A stretch of DNA of 40,694 nt, taken from contig NC_057720.1 in assembly GCF_004010195.1 (NCBI RefSeq), positions 20,459,673 through 20,500,366 of the forward strand, written 5' to 3'. The translations under genes were made by a program, and so were the position numbers. The stretch is from Chiloscyllium plagiosum. Its lineage: Eukaryota. This document shows, one piece after another, positions 36,765 through 40,694 of this stretch (positions are counted from its first letter, which is position 1; each line of letters opens with the position of its first letter). Below the pieces are notes generated by a model. That model did not search any database, had not been told where the DNA came from, and was given only the letters and a program-made list of their open reading frames with translations.

Positions 36765-36870
36765 CAGAAACCAAAAAAGAAAATGCTGGAAAATCTCAGC
36801 AGGTCTGGCAGCATCTGTAAGGAGATAAAAGAACTGACGTTTCAAGTCTAACTGACCTTTTGCCAAAGCG
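36765..36870 (-). mobile_element. Penelope-like terminal fragment (second family)
   Basis: aaatgctggaaaatctcagcaggtctggcagcatctg...gacgtttcaagtc; homologous to 31540-31732. Confidence 0.6.
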
Positions 36871-36997
36871 CAGCAGCACAGAGGGGATTCTAAATCTCCT
36901 GCTTATATCAGTCAGCCAGGGCTTTTATAATTATCCCAGGTTAACAATACACACTGACTGCATCACAAAGTCACTCCCTTGAACTGAAGGGATTCTA

Positions 36998-38478
36998 ACT
37001 CCTCTGTTAATTTTTTTTCCCCAGCACCCATGGTGTGTGTGTGCAGGTGTGAGATACAGTGAAAGACACAAGGTGCATGAATCTTTATTCAGTTTCCACC
37101 ACCAGGAAGATAGGAAAACACCCAAGTGGCCAGTAACAAGCAGTGCCCTTCACATCAAAGGACAGTGCTGTGTGATCAAAACAGTGAAGGGGAGGGTAGG
37201 GACTAAATCAAAATAGAGTTGGAGGGAGAAATAATGCACTCCACTCCCTGCAGCGCTCACCTCTCCCTGAACAACTCCAGGGTGTCGGTGGAGATCGCGT
37301 GCTCCTTCTCCAAGGACACCTGGGCTCTAACGTAACCGCGGAAGAGGGGCGGGCAGTCGGCCCTAACGACCCCCTCCACGGCCCTCTGCCTGGACCTGTT
37401 AATGGTCAATTTGGCCAAGCCCAGGAGCAGACCCACGAGGAGGTCTTCAGACCTGCCCTCCTTCCTCCGTACCGGGTACCCAAAGATAAGGAGCGTGGGA
37501 AAACTCCTCTGTTAATTTTTTTTCTCTTTTATTCTTTTCTAACCCCCAAACTACCACCTAAACTCTTCTGTTAATTTAAAAAAAATTTTTTTCTTTTTTT
37601 CCAGCACCCAAATCTCCTGTTTTTTTTGTTTTTTTTTATTTAACCCCCACACTACCACCTAACCGCAATAGTGCTTATTTTTTCCCCAGCACCCATGGTG
37701 TGTGTGTGTGCAGGTCTGAGACACAGTGAAAGACACAAAGTGCACGAATCTTTATTCAATTTCCACCACCAGGAAGATAGGAAAACACCCGGGTGGCCAG
37801 TGACAAACACTACCCTTCACATCAAAGGGCAGTGCTGTGTGATCAAAACAGTGAAGGGGAGGTTAGGGACTAAATCAAAATAGAATTGGAGGGAGAAATG
37901 ATGCACTCCACTCCCTGCGGCGCCCACCTCTCCCTGAACAACTCCAGGGTGTTGGTGGACACCGCGTGCTCCTTCTCCAAGGACACCCGGGCTCTAACGT
38001 AACCGCAGAAGATGGTCAGGCAGTCGGTCCTAATGACCCCCTCCATGGCACGCTGCCTTGACCTGTTGATGGCCAGTTTGGCCAGGCCCAGGAGCAGACC
38101 CACGAGGAGGTCTTCAGACCTGCCCTCCTTCCTCCGTACCGGATGCCCAAAGATCAGGAGCGTGGGAAAACTCCTCTGATAATTTTTTTAATCTTTTTTT
38201 TTATTCTTTTCTAACCTCCCACACTACCACCTAAACTCCTCTGTTAATTTTTTTTTTCGTTTTTTTAACCCCCAAACTACCACCTAAGTGCGGTAGTGTT
38301 TATTTTTTTCCCCAGCACCCATTGTGTGTGTGTGCAGGTGTGAGACACAGTGAAAGACACAAAGTGCACCAATCTTTATTCAATTTCCACCACCAGGAAG
38401 ATAGAAAAACACCCGGGTGGCCAGTGACAAACACTGCCCTTCACATCAAAGGACAATGCTGTGTGACTTTCCTGGATA

Positions 38479-38509
<31 letters not shown>

Positions 38510-40694
38510 ATTAACCCCCACACTACCACCTAAGTGCGGTAGTGCGTATTTTTTCCCCAGCACCCATGGTGTGTGTGTGTGTGCAGGTGTGAGACACAGT
38601 GAAAGACACAAAGTGCATGAATCTTTATTCAACTCCTCTGTTAATTTTTTTTTTGCAGGGGACTGCTGCGTGCAGCAATCTCCTGTTTTTTTTTTATTCC
38701 TCTTTATTTTTTTTTCTTTTAACCCCCACACTACCACCTAAGTGCGGTAGTGCTTATTTTTTCCCCCAGCACCCATGGTGTGTGTGTGCAGGGGTGAGAC
38801 ACAGTGAAAGTCACAAAGTGCCCTTCACATCAAAGGGCAGTGCTGTATGAACTACCTGTTTATCTTTTTTTTTGGAGAAATATCTAATGTCCTGGTTATT
38901 TATTTTTTTTCCCTTCGCCTCAAAGGGCAAGCATACCTTTTTTTTTAATTCTTTTAACCCCCACACTACCACCTAAGTGCGGTAGTGCTTATTTTTTTCC
39001 CCAGCACCCATGGGGTGGGTGTGTGGGTGTGTGTGTGTAAGTGTGAGACACAATGAAAGACACAAAGTGCACGAATCTTTATTCGACTCCTCTGTTAATT
39101 TATTTTTTCTTTTTTTTTTCTATTTTTCCCCTTCAAGGAGGAGAGTCCTTGCACATGCACACTCACTCACACTGATCCAACTTTCAACAGGGAAAACACC
39201 CGAGTGGCCAGTGACAAGCTGTGCCGTTAACATTGCTGTTTATTTATTTAGTTATTTATTTATTTTCTTTTTGTGTGTGTGCGCAGGTATGAGACACAGT
39301 GAAAGACACAAAGTGCGCGAATCTTTATTCAATTTCCACCACCAGGAAGAAGGAAAACAGCCAGGTGGCCAGTGAGAAATAACACACTCCACTCCCTGAA
39401 CATCTCTAGGGTGTTGGTGGACACCGGGTGCTCCAGGTCCTTGGTGCTGGGAGGCAGCAGTGCTAACCCCTGAGCCACTGTGCTGCCCCAAGGAGAAGCA
39501 ATTTTATTTTTTTATTTTTTTTATTTTTTTTCTCTTTTTTATTTTTTTTTTCTTTTTCATCAAAGGCAGTGCTGTGTGATCAAAACAGTGAAGGGGAGGG
39601 TAGACTCCTCTGTTAATTTTTTTTTTAGTGACAAACACTGCCCTTCACATCAAAGGGCAGTGCTGTGTGATCAAAACAGTGAAGGGGGAAATCCATAGTT
39701 TATTTTTTTTTCTTTTTCTTTTTTTTCTCTTTTACCCCCACACTACCACCTAAGTGCGGTAGTGCTTATTTTATCCCCAGCACCCATGGTGTGTGTGTGC
39801 AGGTGTGACACACAGTGAAAGACACAAAGTGCACGAATCTTTATTCAATTTCCACCACCAGGAAGATAGGAGAACACCCGGGTGGCCAGTGACAAACACT
39901 GCCCTTCACATCAAAGGGCAGTGCTGTGTGATCAAAACAGTGAAGGGGAGGGTAGACTCCTCTGTTAATTTTTTTTTTATTTTAACCCCCACACTACCAC
40001 CTAAGTGCGGTAGTGCTTATTATATTTTTTTCCCAGCACCCATGGTGTGTGTGTGCAGGTGTGAGACACAGTGAAAGACACAAAGTGCACGAATCTTTAT
40101 TCAATTTCCACCACCAGGAAGATAGGAGAACACCCGGGTGGCCAGTGACAAACACTGCCCTTCACATCAAAGGGCAGTGCTGTGTGATCAAAACAGTGAG
40201 GGGGAGGGTAGGGACTAAATCAAAATAGAATTGGAGGGAGAAATGATGCACTCCACTCCCTGCGGCGCCCACCTCTCCCTGAACAACTCCAGGGTGTTGG
40301 TCGACACCGCGTGCTCCTTCTCCAAGGACACCCGGGCTCTAACGTAACCGCGGAAGACGGGCAGGCAGTCGGACTCCTCTGTTAATTTTTTTTTTCTTTT
40401 TTTTTCTTCTATTTTTCTTTTTTTTTCCCCCTTTCTTTTTTAACCCCACACTACCACCTAAGTGCGGTAGTGCTTATTTTATCCCCAGCACACATGGTGT
40501 GTGTGTGCAGGTGTGAGACACAGTGAAAGACACAAAGTGACATTCCTGTTTAAATATTTTTTTTTCCAAATTCCACCACCAGGAAGATAGGAAAACACCC
40601 GGGTGGCCAGTGACAAACACTGCCCTTCACATCAAAGGACAGTGCTGTGTGATCAAAACAGTGAAGGGGAGGGTAGAGACTAAATCAAAATAGA
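36998..40694 (-). mobile_element. Tandem array of truncated Tx1-clade retrotransposon 3' ends separated by a 13-bp target-derived repeat
   Basis: ORF 37870..38103 LLLGLAKLAINRSRQR...GYVRARVSLEKEHAVSTNTLELFRERWAP is a Tx1-type ORF2 end. Each unit on the plus strand is ACTCCTCTGTTAA (or a variant), then poly-T, then 10-525 bp of element. The array runs off the window. Confidence 0.85.
39435..39488 (-). mobile_element. HE1 SINE head fragment inside the Tx1 array
   Basis: Minus strand gggcagcacagtggctcaggggttagcactgctgcctcccagcaccaaggacct. Confidence 0.8.

Noticed and set aside
36998..40694. True CRISPR array
   Set aside because: Vertebrate context, no cas genes, a repeat of only 13 bp, and spacers of very unequal length that are mostly homologous to one another and poly(A)-tailed. 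The analogy is architectural only.
36998..40694. Ordinary satellite DNA
   Set aside because: Units have no fixed period; they share one end, vary at the other, and include a Tx1 ORF2 C-terminus.

Overview
Repeat-dense, apparently non-coding stretch of a cartilaginous fish genome, most likely a shark, judged from the HE1-type SINEs and CR1 LINEs. There is a 500-N assembly gap at 3748-4247, and I found no credible host protein-coding exon. The window holds many CR1 fragments, including one full-length but dead CR1 (25156-29609) nested in an older CR1. It also holds HE1 and Deu-type SINEs, Penelope-derived pieces with hammerhead-ribozyme cores, Harbinger-derived elements with a Myb/SANT remnant, L2 and Rex1 fragments, and a few repeat-free CNE-like blocks. 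The most unusual structure runs from about 34300 to the window end. It is a head-to-tail array of about 20 variably truncated, poly(A)-tailed Tx1-clade retrotransposon pieces, all on the minus strand. They are separated by a recurring 13-bp motif (ACTCCTCTGTTAA and variants) that matches an LTR-like target whose empty form lies at about 36873-36950. This suggests repeated site-specific insertion building a repeat-spacer array. Family names come from my recognition of motifs, not from database searches, and most boundaries are approximate.
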